A stretch of DNA of 64,000 nucleotides from Rhodocyclaceae bacterium (GTDB taxonomy: Bacteria > Pseudomonadota > Gammaproteobacteria > Burkholderiales > Rhodocyclaceae). The stretch's first letter is position 1. Each line of letters begins with the position of its first letter. The notes beneath the pieces were generated by a model that made no database searches, was not told the origin of the DNA, and saw only the letters and a program-made list of their open reading frames with translations. Where the stretch lies: the NCBI GenBank assembly GCA_026417115.1, contig JAOADW010000008.1:31227-95226 (forward strand), given 5' to 3'. Below are positions 11,722 to 22,481 of this stretch, piece by piece. The translations under genes and the position numbers were made by a program.

Positions 11722-13233
11722 TCACGCCCCTCTATGGCTTGCTACGCGCGGCAAGACGACGCGAGCACGACACCCACCCTCGGGAACGCTCTCGAGGAAC
11801 AACGTACCCCCATGGTCGGCAACGATCTGCTGCGCCATGGCTAGCCCGGTACCCGCGTGACGCGGCTTGGTCGAAAAAAATGGCTCGAACACTCTGAGTT
11901 GACAATCGGCCGGTACCCCCGGGCCACGATCTTCGACGATGGCTTCGATGCTGTCCTCGAGTACGCCCGTGGCAACGGTGAGCTCGCGTTTAGCCCACCC
12001 TTTGACATTCATCGCTTCGATGGCGTTGTCGATGAGCGCCTTGAACAACGTCCGCAATCGCACAGGCTGCCCGACGATGGTGGGCAGCACGGCATGGGGT
12101 TTCCAGCTCACGGTAATCCCTGCGACGAGCAGTCGTTGCGTGGACAAATCGAGCACATCACGCAAAACCTCGTTGAGGTTGAGCGTAGAAGGCGCTTCCA
12201 TGGTAGGTGCGGGCACCGCACGCCGCATGAGCTCGATGGTCATTTTGCCCACGGCATGGGCTTCCGCCAGCGCCGCCGTGGCTGGATTCGATTCGCCGCG
12301 TCTTTGCTGCATCGCGAGCACAGAGGCAAGCACGTTGAGCGGCCCTTCGATTTGAAAAATGGCTGCCAACAGGCTTTCACGCAGAGCGCCGATGCGGTTT
12401 TCCTCCGCCATTTGCGCCTGCAGGGCCGCAATGCGGGCTTTTTCCTGCTGGGCGCGTTGATGGGTAATGTCTCGCACGAGGAGCAACAAAAAAAGGCTAT
12501 CGCAACTGCTGAAGAAGGCTTCGGTGCCTTCATCGACGCTTTTGACCCATGCTCCCGTACAGGCAAACCAGCGGACTGGGCGGTTGCCAGGCGGATCGAC
12601 GCGAATTTCGCGTTCGACGAATGCAAGCGCACCATCGCGCGCAGGGCCTAGGCCATGCCCTAGATCCGCACGCACTGCATCGAGAATCAAGGCGGCTGGC
12701 TCGACCATCCCTAGATCGCTCATCAGTTTCTTGTACTCGTGATTGTCGAGCACCACGCAGTCTTCGCCATCGAGAAGCGCAATCGCCAAGGGGGCTGCAT
12801 CGATCACCGATTCGATGAGCGCTTTTTGATTGCTGACCTGGCGCTGAAGGCGGTATTCGAGCGTAATGTCGCGATGGATGCCAAGGTAATAGCCGATCAG
12901 CCCTTTTTCATTTAAGACGGGAGTGATCAATAAGTCGGCCAGGTATTCGACACCGTCCTTGCGCCGATTGACAAGCTGGCCGCGCCAGGGTATGCCAGCC
13001 GTGATCTTTGCCCACATTTCCGCATAAAGCGCTTTGGGAGTGGCTTTCGCGGAAAGCATCGACTGATTCCTGCCTATCGCCTCGGCGGCGGCATATCCCG
13101 TGACCCGCTCGAATGCCGGATTCACATACAGGATGTTGGCTTCGGTGTCCGTGATCGAGATGGCGATGTCCGCTTGTGTCAGCGCTTCGCGGAAAACAGG
13201 CGCGAGGACTTCGAGTTCGGCAACGTTGTTCAT
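11722..13233 (-). CDS. nifL: Nitrogen fixation negative regulator (PAS-PAS-GHKL)
   Basis: AISITD...ILYVN PAS domain, VLDNHEYKKL, kinase-like C-terminus; directly upstream of nifA. Confidence 0.92.
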   Translation of the reverse strand: MNNVAELEVLAPVFREALTQADIAISITDTEANILYVNPAFERVTGYAAAEAIGRNQSMLSAKATPKALYAEMWAKITAGIPWRGQLVNRRKDGVEYLADLLITPVLNEKGLIGYYLGIHRDITLEYRLQRQVSNQKALIESVIDAAPLAIALLDGEDCVVLDNHEYKKLMSDLGMVEPAALILDAVRADLGHGLGPARDGALAFVEREIRVDPPGNRPVRWFACTGAWVKSVDEGTEAFFSSCDSLFLLLLVRDITHQRAQQEKARIAALQAQMAEENRIGALRESLLAAIFQIEGPLNVLASVLAMQQRRGESNPATAALAEAHAVGKMTIELMRRAVPAPTMEAPSTLNLNEVLRDVLDLSTQRLLVAGITVSWKPHAVLPTIVGQPVRLRTLFKALIDNAIEAMNVKGWAKRELTVATGVLEDSIEAIVEDRGPGVPADCQLRVFEPFFSTKPRHAGTGLAMAQQIVADHGGTLFLESVPEGGCRARVVLPRVASHRGA

Positions 13234-13270
13234 CGTTTGCAGGGAAATTCATTGCGACGCGTCAGACCCT

Positions 13271-13285
13271 GCACGAACCATGCCA
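13271..13285 (-). promoter_or_regulatory. Probable sigma54 promoter of nifLA
   Basis: TGGCAT-GGTTC-GTGC. Confidence 0.6.
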
Positions 13286-13345
13286 CCGGCTGGCTGCTCG
13301 CGAGGCGCTTTCTTCCCCCCGCGATTGTCGCGTTTGATGCAGTTT

Positions 13346-13361
13346 TGTCGCATTTACGACA
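13346..13361. promoter_or_regulatory. NifA UAS in the nifL/rnf divergent region
   Basis: TGT-CGCATTTACG-ACA. Confidence 0.8.
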
Positions 13362-13498
13362 AACGAAAACAAAGGCTCCGTCGGGAACCTCTCCGGCATT
13401 TCGCGTAAGGTCGCTCCTATTTTTGCTGCGTAAAGCCTTTGCGCCATTCACGGGCAGAGGCACGTCATTCATGCACTTTTTCAGTGCAAGCAAGGGCA

Positions 13499-13513
13499 TG
13501 GCATGAAACATGC
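13499..13513 (+). promoter_or_regulatory. Sigma54 promoter of the rnf operon
   Basis: TGGCAT-GAAAC-ATGC, about 25 bp before rnfA. Confidence 0.7.
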
Positions 13514-13536
13514 ACGCAGGCCCCTGAGGTTTCGAA

Positions 13537-14118
13537 ATGAGCGAATATGCAATCCTTCTCGTCACCACGGCGTTGGTCAATAACGTCGTGCTGGTCAAGT
13601 TTCTTGGGCTATGCCCGTTCATGGGCGTATCCAAGAGTCTCGAGGGGGCTCTCGGCATGGGGCTGGCAACCACCTTCGTGATCACGCTGGCCTCGGCCGC
13701 GACGTGGATGCTCGAACATTGGTTATTGGCGCCATTCGACCTCCACTTTCTACGCCTCCTGACCTTCATTCTCGTCATCGCCGCCACGGTGCAGTTCGTC
13801 GAGATGGTCGTGAAAAAAAGTGCGCCCGCGCTCTACCAAACGCTTGGGATTTACTTGCCACTCATCACCACGAATTGCGCGGTGCTCGGCGTTGCCCTGC
13901 TCAACGTCATGGAAAAAGCGACCTTCACTAAAAGCCTCGTCGCGGGTTTCGGCTCGGCGCTGGGTTTTACCCTCGTCCTCCTCATGTTCGCCGGCATGCG
14001 TGAGCGTCTCGCGCTTGCCCAGATACCCGCTGCTTTCGCCGGAGCGCCGATCGGTTTTGTATTAGCGAGCCTACTGTCTTTGGCTTTCATGGGGTTTTCT
14101 GGGCTGAACTTCCGATGA
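13537..14118 (+). CDS. rnfA: Rnf complex subunit A
   Basis: [30 protein letters not shown]. Confidence 0.95.
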   Translation: MSEYAILLVTTALVNNVVLVKFLGLCPFMGVSKSLEGALGMGLATTFVITLASAATWMLEHWLLAPFDLHFLRLLTFILVIAATVQFVEMVVKKSAPALYQTLGIYLPLITTNCAVLGVALLNVMEKATFTKSLVAGFGSALGFTLVLLMFAGMRERLALAQIPAAFAGAPIGFVLASLLSLAFMGFSGLNFR

Positions 14119-14663
14119 TCGTCGCCATTGTCTCCCTCACGTTGCTGGGTCTTGCGCTGGGTTTTGCTCTCGGTTTTGCGGCAAAGCGATTCGCCGTCGC
14201 CCAAGACGCCGGACTCGCAGCAATCGAAGCGCTGATGCCCGGCACCAACTGTGGTCAATGCGGCTATGCCGGCTGTGCAGGCGCAGCAGCGGCCATTGCA
14301 CGCGCGGAAGCGCCGCCCACTATCTGCCCCCCAGGTGGAAAGGCTCTCGTAGAGGCGCTCGCCAAACGGCTCGGGTTCTCCGTCGATGTCGCATCGCTGA
14401 CCGAGCCGGATCCGAAAATCGCCAGCGTCGACGAAGAGATCTGTATCGGTTGCTGCCGCTGTCTGAAGGTCTGCCCCACCGATGCGATCATCGGCGCGCC
14501 CAAGCAGATTCACAATGTCTTGCGAGAAGCCTGCACAGGCTGCGCCCAATGTCTGGACCGCTGTCCAACCGAAGCCATCAAGATGACGCCGATCCCCCTC
14601 ACGCTTCAGCACTGGGTTTGGCCCAAACCGGTACTGAACGGAACCCTCGGAGTAATGTCATGA
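14115..14663 (+). CDS. rnfB: Rnf complex subunit B
   Basis: [13 protein letters not shown], two 4Fe-4S motifs. Confidence 0.95.
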   Translation: MIVAIVSLTLLGLALGFALGFAAKRFAVAQDAGLAAIEALMPGTNCGQCGYAGCAGAAAAIARAEAPPTICPPGGKALVEALAKRLGFSVDVASLTEPDPKIASVDEEICIGCCRCLKVCPTDAIIGAPKQIHNVLREACTGCAQCLDRCPTEAIKMTPIPLTLQHWVWPKPVLNGTLGVMS

Positions 14664-16153
14664 GGGCGCGTGCCTTTTTCGCACGCGACAAGGTCCCCTG
14701 GGGCGTGCACCCCCACGATCACAAACGCCCGGCCGCCGATGTGGCCACGCGCACTCTCCCCTTGCCCGAGCGACTCTACGTGCCCCTCCAGCAACACATT
14801 GGCGCGCCTGCCCGGCCGGTGGTCATGGCCGGCAAGAAGGTCTACAAGGGACAGCTGATCGCCGAAGCTCAGGGCCCGACATCAGCCGCCGTGCATGCCC
14901 CAACCTCGGGTAGAGTGCATGCGATCGGGGAAATCACCGCGCCCCATCCTTCTGGCCTTGCGATGACCGCCATCATCATCGAAAGCGATGGCGAGGACGA
15001 ATGGATCGACTCTTCCCCGTGTCGGGATCCCTTCGCACTGCCTCCAGAAGAAATCGCCACGCGCATTGCTGCCGCCGGCATCGTCGGGCTGGGCGGCGCC
15101 ACTTTTCCGGCGGCCTTGAAGCTGGCAAGCGCCCACAAAGCCAAAATCCATACGCTGATCCTCAATGGGTGCGAGTGCGAGCCTTATCTTTCTTGCGATG
15201 ATCGGCTCATGCGCGATGCGGCAGACGAGATCGTGGCGGGCATCCGTCTGATGATGCGCGCGACAGGCGCCCAACAAGCCCTGATTGGTATCGAGGAAAA
15301 CAAGCCCGAAGCCATTGCAGCCATGCGTGCAGCCACACACCATTCACCCGCAGTGGAAGTGCGCGTGGTGCCCGCTCGGTACCCAATGGGTTCCGAAAAG
15401 CATCTATTTTCTATGTTGATGGGCAGGGAAATCCCCGCCGATTGCCGCACCACCGATCTGGGCGCGCTCGTTCACAACGTGGGCACCGCCCATGCGGTTT
15501 ATCAAGCCATTTGCGCCGGACACCCGCTCGTCGAACGATTGCTCACCGTCCATGGAGCCGCCGTTGCCCATCCCGGCAATCTCTGGGTCCCCATTGGCGC
15601 TTTGGTGTCGGACGTTTTCGCATTCGCCGGCTTGCTTGGCGAGCCAGCTCGCCTTGTGATGGGGGGGCCGATGATGGGAGTTCAGCTCCCGCACATGCAG
15701 GTGCCAGTGATCAAGGGGACGAGTGGTCTTCTTGCGCTATCTGCCGAAGAAATCGGCTCAACCTCGCCTTCCTCCTGCATTCGATGTGCATCATGCGTGC
15801 GTGCCTGTCCTGTGGGGCTTCTTCCTCTCGAAATGGCCGCGCGCATCAAGGCAGGGAAACTCACGGCGGCCGTCGACTTCGGTCTCAAGGATTGTCTTGC
15901 GTGCGGCTGCTGTACTTTCGTCTGTCCTGCCCACATCCCGCTCGTGCATTACTTCTTGCACGCCAAAAACGAACTCGCTGCCCGCGCGCGCACCGAACTC
16001 CGGCTCGAGGCAACGAAACGCCTCGCGGCAGCCCGAAAGGAACGATTGGAGCGTGAAGCGAAAGAAAAAGCAGAAGCTGCGGCGAGGCGGAAGGCTGAGC
16101 GGATGGCGCAAAAAGCCGCCCTCCATCGAAGCAGTGAAGAGGCAACAGTATGA
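14660..16153 (+). CDS. rnfC: Rnf complex subunit C
   Basis: [30 protein letters not shown]; ATGA overlap with rnfB. Confidence 0.95.
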   Translation: MRARAFFARDKVPWGVHPHDHKRPAADVATRTLPLPERLYVPLQQHIGAPARPVVMAGKKVYKGQLIAEAQGPTSAAVHAPTSGRVHAIGEITAPHPSGLAMTAIIIESDGEDEWIDSSPCRDPFALPPEEIATRIAAAGIVGLGGATFPAALKLASAHKAKIHTLILNGCECEPYLSCDDRLMRDAADEIVAGIRLMMRATGAQQALIGIEENKPEAIAAMRAATHHSPAVEVRVVPARYPMGSEKHLFSMLMGREIPADCRTTDLGALVHNVGTAHAVYQAICAGHPLVERLLTVHGAAVAHPGNLWVPIGALVSDVFAFAGLLGEPARLVMGGPMMGVQLPHMQVPVIKGTSGLLALSAEEIGSTSPSSCIRCASCVRACPVGLLPLEMAARIKAGKLTAAVDFGLKDCLACGCCTFVCPAHIPLVHYFLHAKNELAARARTELRLEATKRLAAARKERLEREAKEKAEAAARRKAERMAQKAALHRSSEEATV

Positions 16154-17220
16154 GCACTGACTGGCTAGCCTCCACCCCGATTGCCTCCCCCCATGTCCAT
16201 GCCGGCTCCAGCGTTTCTGCCGTCATGATCAAAGTCATGTTGGCATTGACGCCCGCCACCGTGCATGCTTTTTGGCTGTATGGTTGGCCAGCCATCTTCC
16301 TTTGGTTCGCCACGGTATTCGCCGCCATTGCTGGAGAGGCATTCTGCTTGCGCATGATGCGACGACGCGCATTGCCGGTCCTAAAGGATGGCTCAGCGAT
16401 GCTGACAGGGTGGTTATTGGCTCTCTCGCTGCCACCGTGGGCGCCGCTTTGGCTTGGCCTCGTGGGGGGGCTCTTTGCCACCATCGTTGCCAAACAGGTC
16501 TTTGGCGGAATTGGGCAAAATCTCTTCAACCCGGCGATGGCGGCCAGGGTTGCCTTGTTGATTTCATTTCCTGTGCCGATGACCCAATGGCTCGATCCTC
16601 TGCCAATGGGATCACCCGTCGCACCTGATTTGGTGCGAAGCATCCAAATCGCGCTAGGGAGCAATAACGAGCTCGATGCCATCGCCAGCGCCTCCTTGCT
16701 CGGCCATGCGAAAACCGAGCTTGCCCGGGGTATCGATCTCACGCAGATACGGCTGCCAGCATTCGGCCCTCGCGGGGAGCATGCAGGCAGCCTTGGCGAA
16801 GCATCGATTGGGCTTCTTGCCGCCGGTGGCCTTGCTTTGCTCCTAATGCGCGTCATTTCATGGCACATTCCCGTCGCAATGTTACTGGGCGCCATTCTCC
16901 CTGCCGCAATCGGCCACGCGCTGGATCCCAGCCGTCATCTGCCCCCCATCGTGCATCTGCTGTCCGGCGGATTGATCCTCGGCGCCTTTTTCATCGCCAC
17001 GGACTATGTCACATCTCCCTCGACACGGCTCGGTCAATTCATTTTCGGCTTGGGATGTGGTGTGTTGACTTGGTTGATTCGTACCTATGGGGGCTATCCC
17101 GAAGGCGTCGCCTTCGCCGTCTTGTTGATGAATGCCCTCACGCCAGCGATCGATCGGTGGGTACGTCCGCGCATTTACGGACGCGATCGTCGCGGCCATC
17201 CGCTCGAGTTAGGAAAATGA
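16150..17220 (+). CDS. rnfD: Rnf complex subunit D
   Basis: SPH, KQVFGGIGQNLFNPA, FFIATDYVTSP. Confidence 0.95.
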   Translation: MSTDWLASTPIASPHVHAGSSVSAVMIKVMLALTPATVHAFWLYGWPAIFLWFATVFAAIAGEAFCLRMMRRRALPVLKDGSAMLTGWLLALSLPPWAPLWLGLVGGLFATIVAKQVFGGIGQNLFNPAMAARVALLISFPVPMTQWLDPLPMGSPVAPDLVRSIQIALGSNNELDAIASASLLGHAKTELARGIDLTQIRLPAFGPRGEHAGSLGEASIGLLAAGGLALLLMRVISWHIPVAMLLGAILPAAIGHALDPSRHLPPIVHLLSGGLILGAFFIATDYVTSPSTRLGQFIFGLGCGVLTWLIRTYGGYPEGVAFAVLLMNALTPAIDRWVRPRIYGRDRRGHPLELGK

Positions 17221-17834
17221 TGACGCTCAACTTGGAAATCTGGCGTGACAAGCTCATTTATCAGGGGCTCTCGCTGGGACTGGTAGCGATGCTCTGCGGT
17301 TCCGCCTTGGTCATGGGTAATCAACTGACTCGCGAAGCCATCCGCCAGGCGGAAGCAGAAGATCTTGCTGCTTCGTTGGCGCAAGTTCTTCCTGCAGGAT
17401 TTGCCGAGAACGACCTTCTGGCGGATAGCGTGCATATCTCGGCCAACCACTCCCCCCCCGTTACTGTCTATCGCGCACGAAAGGCTGGCCTCGTCACCGC
17501 TGCTGTTTTTCAGACGAGCGCCCGAGGCTATGCAGGCGAGATCCTCGTGTTGATCGGCGTCGACCGGGAGGGTCGGCTCACCGGCGCGCGCGTGCTCAAA
17601 CATACCGAAACGCCGGGTCTGGGCGACAAGATCGAGATCGGCAAGTCAAAGTGGATTCTTTCGTTTACGGGCAAGTCTCTCGTCAATCCACCAGCGGCAC
17701 GCTGGGCGGTGAAAAAAGACGGTGGCGATTTCGATCAATTCGCGGGCGCGACGATCACGCCACGCGCCGTCGTAGCCGCCGTCAAAAATGGGCTCGAATT
17801 CTTCGCCACCCATCGCGAGGAGATCCTGCGATGA
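17217..17834 (+). CDS. rnfG: Rnf complex subunit G
   Basis: ETPGLG, FDQFAGATITP (FMN-Thr motif). Confidence 0.93.
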   Translation: MMTLNLEIWRDKLIYQGLSLGLVAMLCGSALVMGNQLTREAIRQAEAEDLAASLAQVLPAGFAENDLLADSVHISANHSPPVTVYRARKAGLVTAAVFQTSARGYAGEILVLIGVDREGRLTGARVLKHTETPGLGDKIEIGKSKWILSFTGKSLVNPPAARWAVKKDGGDFDQFAGATITPRAVVAAVKNGLEFFATHREEILR

Positions 17835-18505
17835 GGGTACGAGAAACGCTCAGAAATGGCCTCTGGGACAACAACGTCGTCTTCGGCCAGCTCCTTGCCT
17901 TATGTCCGGTGCTCGCCGTCACCACCTCGGGCACCAATGGACTTGGCATGGGGCTCGCCTCGACGGCCGTGCTCATCGCCTCGAATACGCTGATTGCCCT
18001 GCTGCGGCGTTTCATCAGCCCCACCGTGCGCATTCCGGTTTTCGTCATCGTCATCGCGACTCTCGTGACTCTTGTCGATCTCACGCTCAACGCGTGGCTC
18101 CATGAACTGCATAAGGTTCTCGGCCTTTTCATCGCCTTGATCGTGGTGAACTGCGCGATTCTTGGGCGCGCAGAAGCATTCGCCTCGAAAGCAACGGTTG
18201 GTCAGGCCGCGCTCGATGGGCTCGCAATGGGCATCGGCTTCACGATGGCGCTCACCCTCATCGGCCTCGTGCGCGAATTTTTCGGTGCAGGTACTTTGTT
18301 TGCCCAGGCAAGCATACTGCTGGGGCCACACTTTGCCTTTCTTGAAATGCGATTGAGCGAGGCTTTTGAGGGGGTATTGATGATGATTTTGCCGCCCGGA
18401 GGATTTTTGGCGCTCGGCTTGCTCCTCGCTGCTAAACAGGCCTATCAAGAAAGACATGCGCGAGCAAGGCCGGAGCCTCTGCATCCTGTCGTCAAGGAGG
18501 CCTGA
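17831..18505 (+). CDS. rnfE: Rnf complex subunit E
   Basis: LALCPVLAVT, LIVVNCAILGRAE, LPPGGF. Confidence 0.95.
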   Translation: MRVRETLRNGLWDNNVVFGQLLALCPVLAVTTSGTNGLGMGLASTAVLIASNTLIALLRRFISPTVRIPVFVIVIATLVTLVDLTLNAWLHELHKVLGLFIALIVVNCAILGRAEAFASKATVGQAALDGLAMGIGFTMALTLIGLVREFFGAGTLFAQASILLGPHFAFLEMRLSEAFEGVLMMILPPGGFLALGLLLAAKQAYQERHARARPEPLHPVVKEA

Positions 18506-18789
18506 TGCTCGTCAGCGTTGCCTATTCCGAGCCTGCTGGCCAAATCTGGCTTCACCTGGAGGTGCCCGAAGGAGCAGTGGTTCGCGACGCCATCGAGCGT
18601 TCCGGCATCCTGCAGCAATTTCCCTGGATCGATCTCGCTACCCAAAAAGTCGGCATTTTCGGCCGACTGGTCAAATTGGACACCCCCTTACGGCCCGGCG
18701 ATCGGGTCGAAATCTATCGCCCGATCCGCTGCGATCCGCAAACCGTGCCCCGACGCGAGGGTTCTCTTGCCGAACACGAGGCGCCCTAA
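18505..18789 (+). CDS. rnfH: RnfH ubiquitin-like protein
   Basis: KVGIFG, GDRVEIYRPI. Confidence 0.92.
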   Translation: MLVSVAYSEPAGQIWLHLEVPEGAVVRDAIERSGILQQFPWIDLATQKVGIFGRLVKLDTPLRPGDRVEIYRPIRCDPQTVPRREGSLAEHEAP

Positions 18790-18910
18790 GCGTTCCCTCC
18801 CTCCTCAAAATATGGTAAATTGGCATTAGGCCATCAGGCTGGGTGGGAGCGATACCGCATAGACGGCGGCTGTTCCTCCCGGCCACCGCGACCGCGCTTG
18901 AGCAATGCGA

Positions 18911-18936
18911 GGCCCGACGACACCGTCGGGCTTTTT
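18911..18936 (+). terminator. Intrinsic terminator downstream of the rnf operon
   Basis: GCCCGACG-ACAC-CGTCGGGC followed by TTTTT. Confidence 0.85.
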
Positions 18937-19036
18937 CATTTCTCGCTTCGGTAAATAACGCTTCGACACGCCGCCTGCTCCATCGGGTGCGTGTGTGAGA
19001 GGTTATGGCTTCTTTTCGACTCTTTCGCCCTTGGTG

Positions 19037-22000
19037 ATGTCCTTGCTCGTTCTCCCCCCCCTGCCCAAAGCGGGCCAGCGTCTCGACCTTTCTCCTTTGC
19101 CGCCTTCTGCCGATGCTCTGGCGATCAGCGAGTTGGCGCGGCGGCACAAGCCCGTGGTCGTGATCACCGCCACGACGCTCGACGCGCAGCGGCTGGTCGA
19201 AGAAACCGCGTGGTTTGCTCCTGAGCTCTCGGTGCACTGGTTCCCCGATTGGGAAACCTTGCCTTATGACCATTTTTCGCCGCACCAGGACCTCGTGTCC
19301 GAGCGCCTCGCAACGCTTTATGCGTTGCTCCAAGGCCGTTGTGACCTCCTGATCACAGCGGCTACCACCGCTGCAATGCAGATTGCGCCGCAGGCTTATC
19401 TCGCCGGCCATACGTTTTTCATGAAACGAGGCGAGCGTCTCGATCTTGCCGCCCTGCGAGAACAGCTCACCATCGCCGGCTATCAGTATGTGACGCAAGT
19501 CGTCGCCGCTGGGGAATATGCGATACGAGGGGGCCTGATCGACCTCTTTCCGATGGGTTCACCGCTGCCTTACCGCATTGAGCTCTTCGACCAAGAGATC
19601 GAATCGCTGCGCAGTTTCGATCCGGATACGCAACGTACGCTCTACCCCGTCGAAGAAATCCGCCTTTTGCCCGCCCGCGAGTTTCCCACACATGAAGGCG
19701 GCCGCACGACCTTTCGCCGACGTTTTCGCGAGGCGTTTGAAGGCGATGCATCGCGCATCCCTCTTTATCGCGACGTTTCCAATGGCGTGATGCCGGGCGG
19801 CATCGAATACTACCTTCCGCTCTTTTTCGACAGTACCGCTACCCTATTCGATTATCTGCCGCCCCATGCAGTCTTGTTCTTGCAGGGAGAAATCGCCGAA
19901 GCCTTGTCGTCTTTTTGGCGGGAACTCAAGGAGCGCCATCGCCTGCTCGCCGGCGATCGGATGCGGCCACTCTTGCCGCCTGACGCCCTCTATCTGAGTG
20001 AAGAGAACTTTTTCCTGCGTTGCCGCGCATTTGCCCAGATTCGGCACACCACACGCCCATCCGTGAGCTCCTCTTATTCCTTGCCCCCCGTCGCCGTCGA
20101 TCGCAAGGCGCCATCGCCGCTGTCGGCACTGCAAGCCTTCCTCGGCCAATTTCCCGGACGAGTACTCATCGTCGCGGAATCGCCAGGACGTCGTGCGACC
20201 CTGAGCGAATATTTTGCCGAGCATGGGCTGATCGCGCCCAGCGTGCCTGACTTCGGCGCCTTTCTTTCCGAGCACATGCCGCTTGCGCTCACGCATGGGC
20301 CCATTTCCGGTGGCTTCATGCTTGCGGAACTTGCGCTCGTCACCGAAAACGAGCTTTTTGTCGCCACCGCGCGGCCTCGCCACCGGCGCGCCGCGACGCG
20401 CGCCAATCTCGACAATTGGATTCGCGATCTTTCCGAATTGAAGATCGGCGATCCTGTCGTGCACGAAACGCATGGCATCGGACGCTATCTCGGCTTGGCG
20501 CGCATGGATCTCGGCGGCGGCGAAACCGAGTTTCTCACGCTTGAATATGCCGACGAGGCGAAACTCTATGTGCCTGTCGCCCAATTGTCGGCGATCTCAC
20601 GCTACGCCGCCGTCGATCAGGAGGCCGTAGAGCTCTCCCGATTGGGAAGCGGCCAGTGGGAAAAGGCGCGCCAGAAAGCTGCCCTGCAGGCGCGCGACGT
20701 GGCCGCGGAGTTGCTCGACCTCTACGCCAAGCGCGCCGCACGTCAAGGCCATCGCTTCACTCTCAAACTCCATGATCTCGAGGCCTTCGCCGCTGGCTTT
20801 GGTTTCGAAGAAACGCCTGATCAGCTCGCCGCCATCAAGGCAGTGATCGATGACATGACCTCGGGCAAACCCATGGATCGGCTCGTTTGTGGCGACGTCG
20901 GCTTTGGCAAGACCGAGGTCGCCTTGCGCGCCGCTTTCGTCGCTGTCGCAGACGGCCGCCAAGTCGCCCTCTTGTGTCCGACGACTTTGCTCGCCGAACA
21001 GCATTTCCAAACCTTTTCCGACCGTTTTGCCGACTGGCCCGTCAGGGTCGCGGAGCTTTCCCGCTTCAAATCGAAAAAAGAACAAGCGGCATTGTTGCAA
21101 CAACTGGCCGAAGGCAAAGTCGACATCGTGATCGGCACCCACCGCCTCTTGCAATCCGATGTTAAATTCAAGAATCTTGGCCTCGTGATCATCGACGAGG
21201 AACATCGTTTTGGCGTGCGCCAGAAAGAAGCGTTGAAGGCCTTGCGCGCCGAGGTCGATGTGCTGACGCTGACGGCCACGCCGATCCCGCGCACCTTATC
21301 GCTCTCCCTCGAAGGCTTACGCGACATCTCAGTGATCGCTACCCCGCCGGAAAAACGGCTCGCGATCAAGACGTTCGTGCATCCGTGGTCGAACGCCCTC
21401 GTGCGCGAAGCCTGCTTGCGCGAGTTCAAACGAGGCGGTCAAGTCTATTTTCTCTACAACGATGTCGCCACCATCGAAAACATGCGGGCGCGGCTGGAAA
21501 AGCTTCTGCCCGAAGCGAAAATCGTCGTCGGCCACGGCCAATTGCCGGAACGCGAGCTCGAACGCGTGATGCGAGAATTCACGCAGCAGAAACACAACCT
21601 TTTACTGTGTTCGACGATCATCGAAACCGGCATCGACAATCCTCATGCCAATACCATCATCATTCATCGCGCCGACAAATTCGGGCTGGCGCAGCTGCAT
21701 CAACTGCGGGGGCGCGTAGGGCGCTCGCATCACCAGGCCTATGCTTATCTCTTCACGGACGAAGACGCGAAGCCATCGCCGCAAGCCCAACGTCGGCTCG
21801 AAGCCATCCAAGCGATGGAGGAGCTCGGCGCAGGCTTCTACCTCGCGATGCACGACCTCGAAATCCGCGGCGCAGGCGAAGTGCTCGGAGAAAAACAGTC
21901 CGGCGACATTCACGAAGTGGGTTTCGCACTCTATACCCGCATGCTGGATGCTGCAATTCGCGCCATCAAGGAAGGCAAGACGCCGCCCGATGGCCGTCAT

Positions 22001-22456
22001 CCCTTGGCGGTGATCACCGAAATCGACCTGGGTTTCCCCGCGCTGTTGCCAGACGCCTACTGCCCTGACGTCAACGAGCGGCTGACCCTCTACAAGCGCC
22101 TCTCAGATGCAGAAAACGAAGATGCGTTGCGACTCTTGCAAGAGGAACTGATCGATCGTTTCGGCGCGTTGCCCTCCCAAGCCGAGGCATTGATGCAGAC
22201 CCACCGCCTGCGCCTGCGCGTGCAGCCGCTCGGCGTGAAGAAGCTGTCGGCCAATGCCGAGTCGATCCAACTCGTGTTCGCCCAGGACACTGCGGTCGAT
22301 CCCACGCAGGTGATCGCCTTGCTGCAAAAAGATCGCCATCTCAAATTGGCCGGGGCCGACAAGCTCGTCTGGAAAAAAAGGACGGCGACGCTGCCCGAGC
22401 GCGTGATGGCCATTTGCACGTTGCTCGATCAACTGGGAAGCAAAAATCGCCTATGA
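19037..22456 (+). CDS. mfd: Transcription-repair coupling factor
   Basis: FPDWETLPYD, GDVGFGKT, DEEH, QLRGRVGR, TRCF C-terminal domain. Confidence 0.97.
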   Translation: MSLLVLPPLPKAGQRLDLSPLPPSADALAISELARRHKPVVVITATTLDAQRLVEETAWFAPELSVHWFPDWETLPYDHFSPHQDLVSERLATLYALLQGRCDLLITAATTAAMQIAPQAYLAGHTFFMKRGERLDLAALREQLTIAGYQYVTQVVAAGEYAIRGGLIDLFPMGSPLPYRIELFDQEIESLRSFDPDTQRTLYPVEEIRLLPAREFPTHEGGRTTFRRRFREAFEGDASRIPLYRDVSNGVMPGGIEYYLPLFFDSTATLFDYLPPHAVLFLQGEIAEALSSFWRELKERHRLLAGDRMRPLLPPDALYLSEENFFLRCRAFAQIRHTTRPSVSSSYSLPPVAVDRKAPSPLSALQAFLGQFPGRVLIVAESPGRRATLSEYFAEHGLIAPSVPDFGAFLSEHMPLALTHGPISGGFMLAELALVTENELFVATARPRHRRAATRANLDNWIRDLSELKIGDPVVHETHGIGRYLGLARMDLGGGETEFLTLEYADEAKLYVPVAQLSAISRYAAVDQEAVELSRLGSGQWEKARQKAALQARDVAAELLDLYAKRAARQGHRFTLKLHDLEAFAAGFGFEETPDQLAAIKAVIDDMTSGKPMDRLVCGDVGFGKTEVALRAAFVAVADGRQVALLCPTTLLAEQHFQTFSDRFADWPVRVAELSRFKSKKEQAALLQQLAEGKVDIVIGTHRLLQSDVKFKNLGLVIIDEEHRFGVRQKEALKALRAEVDVLTLTATPIPRTLSLSLEGLRDISVIATPPEKRLAIKTFVHPWSNALVREACLREFKRGGQVYFLYNDVATIENMRARLEKLLPEAKIVVGHGQLPERELERVMREFTQQKHNLLLCSTIIETGIDNPHANTIIIHRADKFGLAQLHQLRGRVGRSHHQAYAYLFTDEDAKPSPQAQRRLEAIQAMEELGAGFYLAMHDLEIRGAGEVLGEKQSGDIHEVGFALYTRMLDAAIRAIKEGKTPPDGRHPLAVITEIDLGFPALLPDAYCPDVNERLTLYKRLSDAENEDALRLLQEELIDRFGALPSQAEALMQTHRLRLRVQPLGVKKLSANAESIQLVFAQDTAVDPTQVIALLQKDRHLKLAGADKLVWKKRTATLPERVMAICTLLDQLGSKNRL

Positions 22457-22481
22457 TCTCGTTAAACACCTTACCGTAGCG

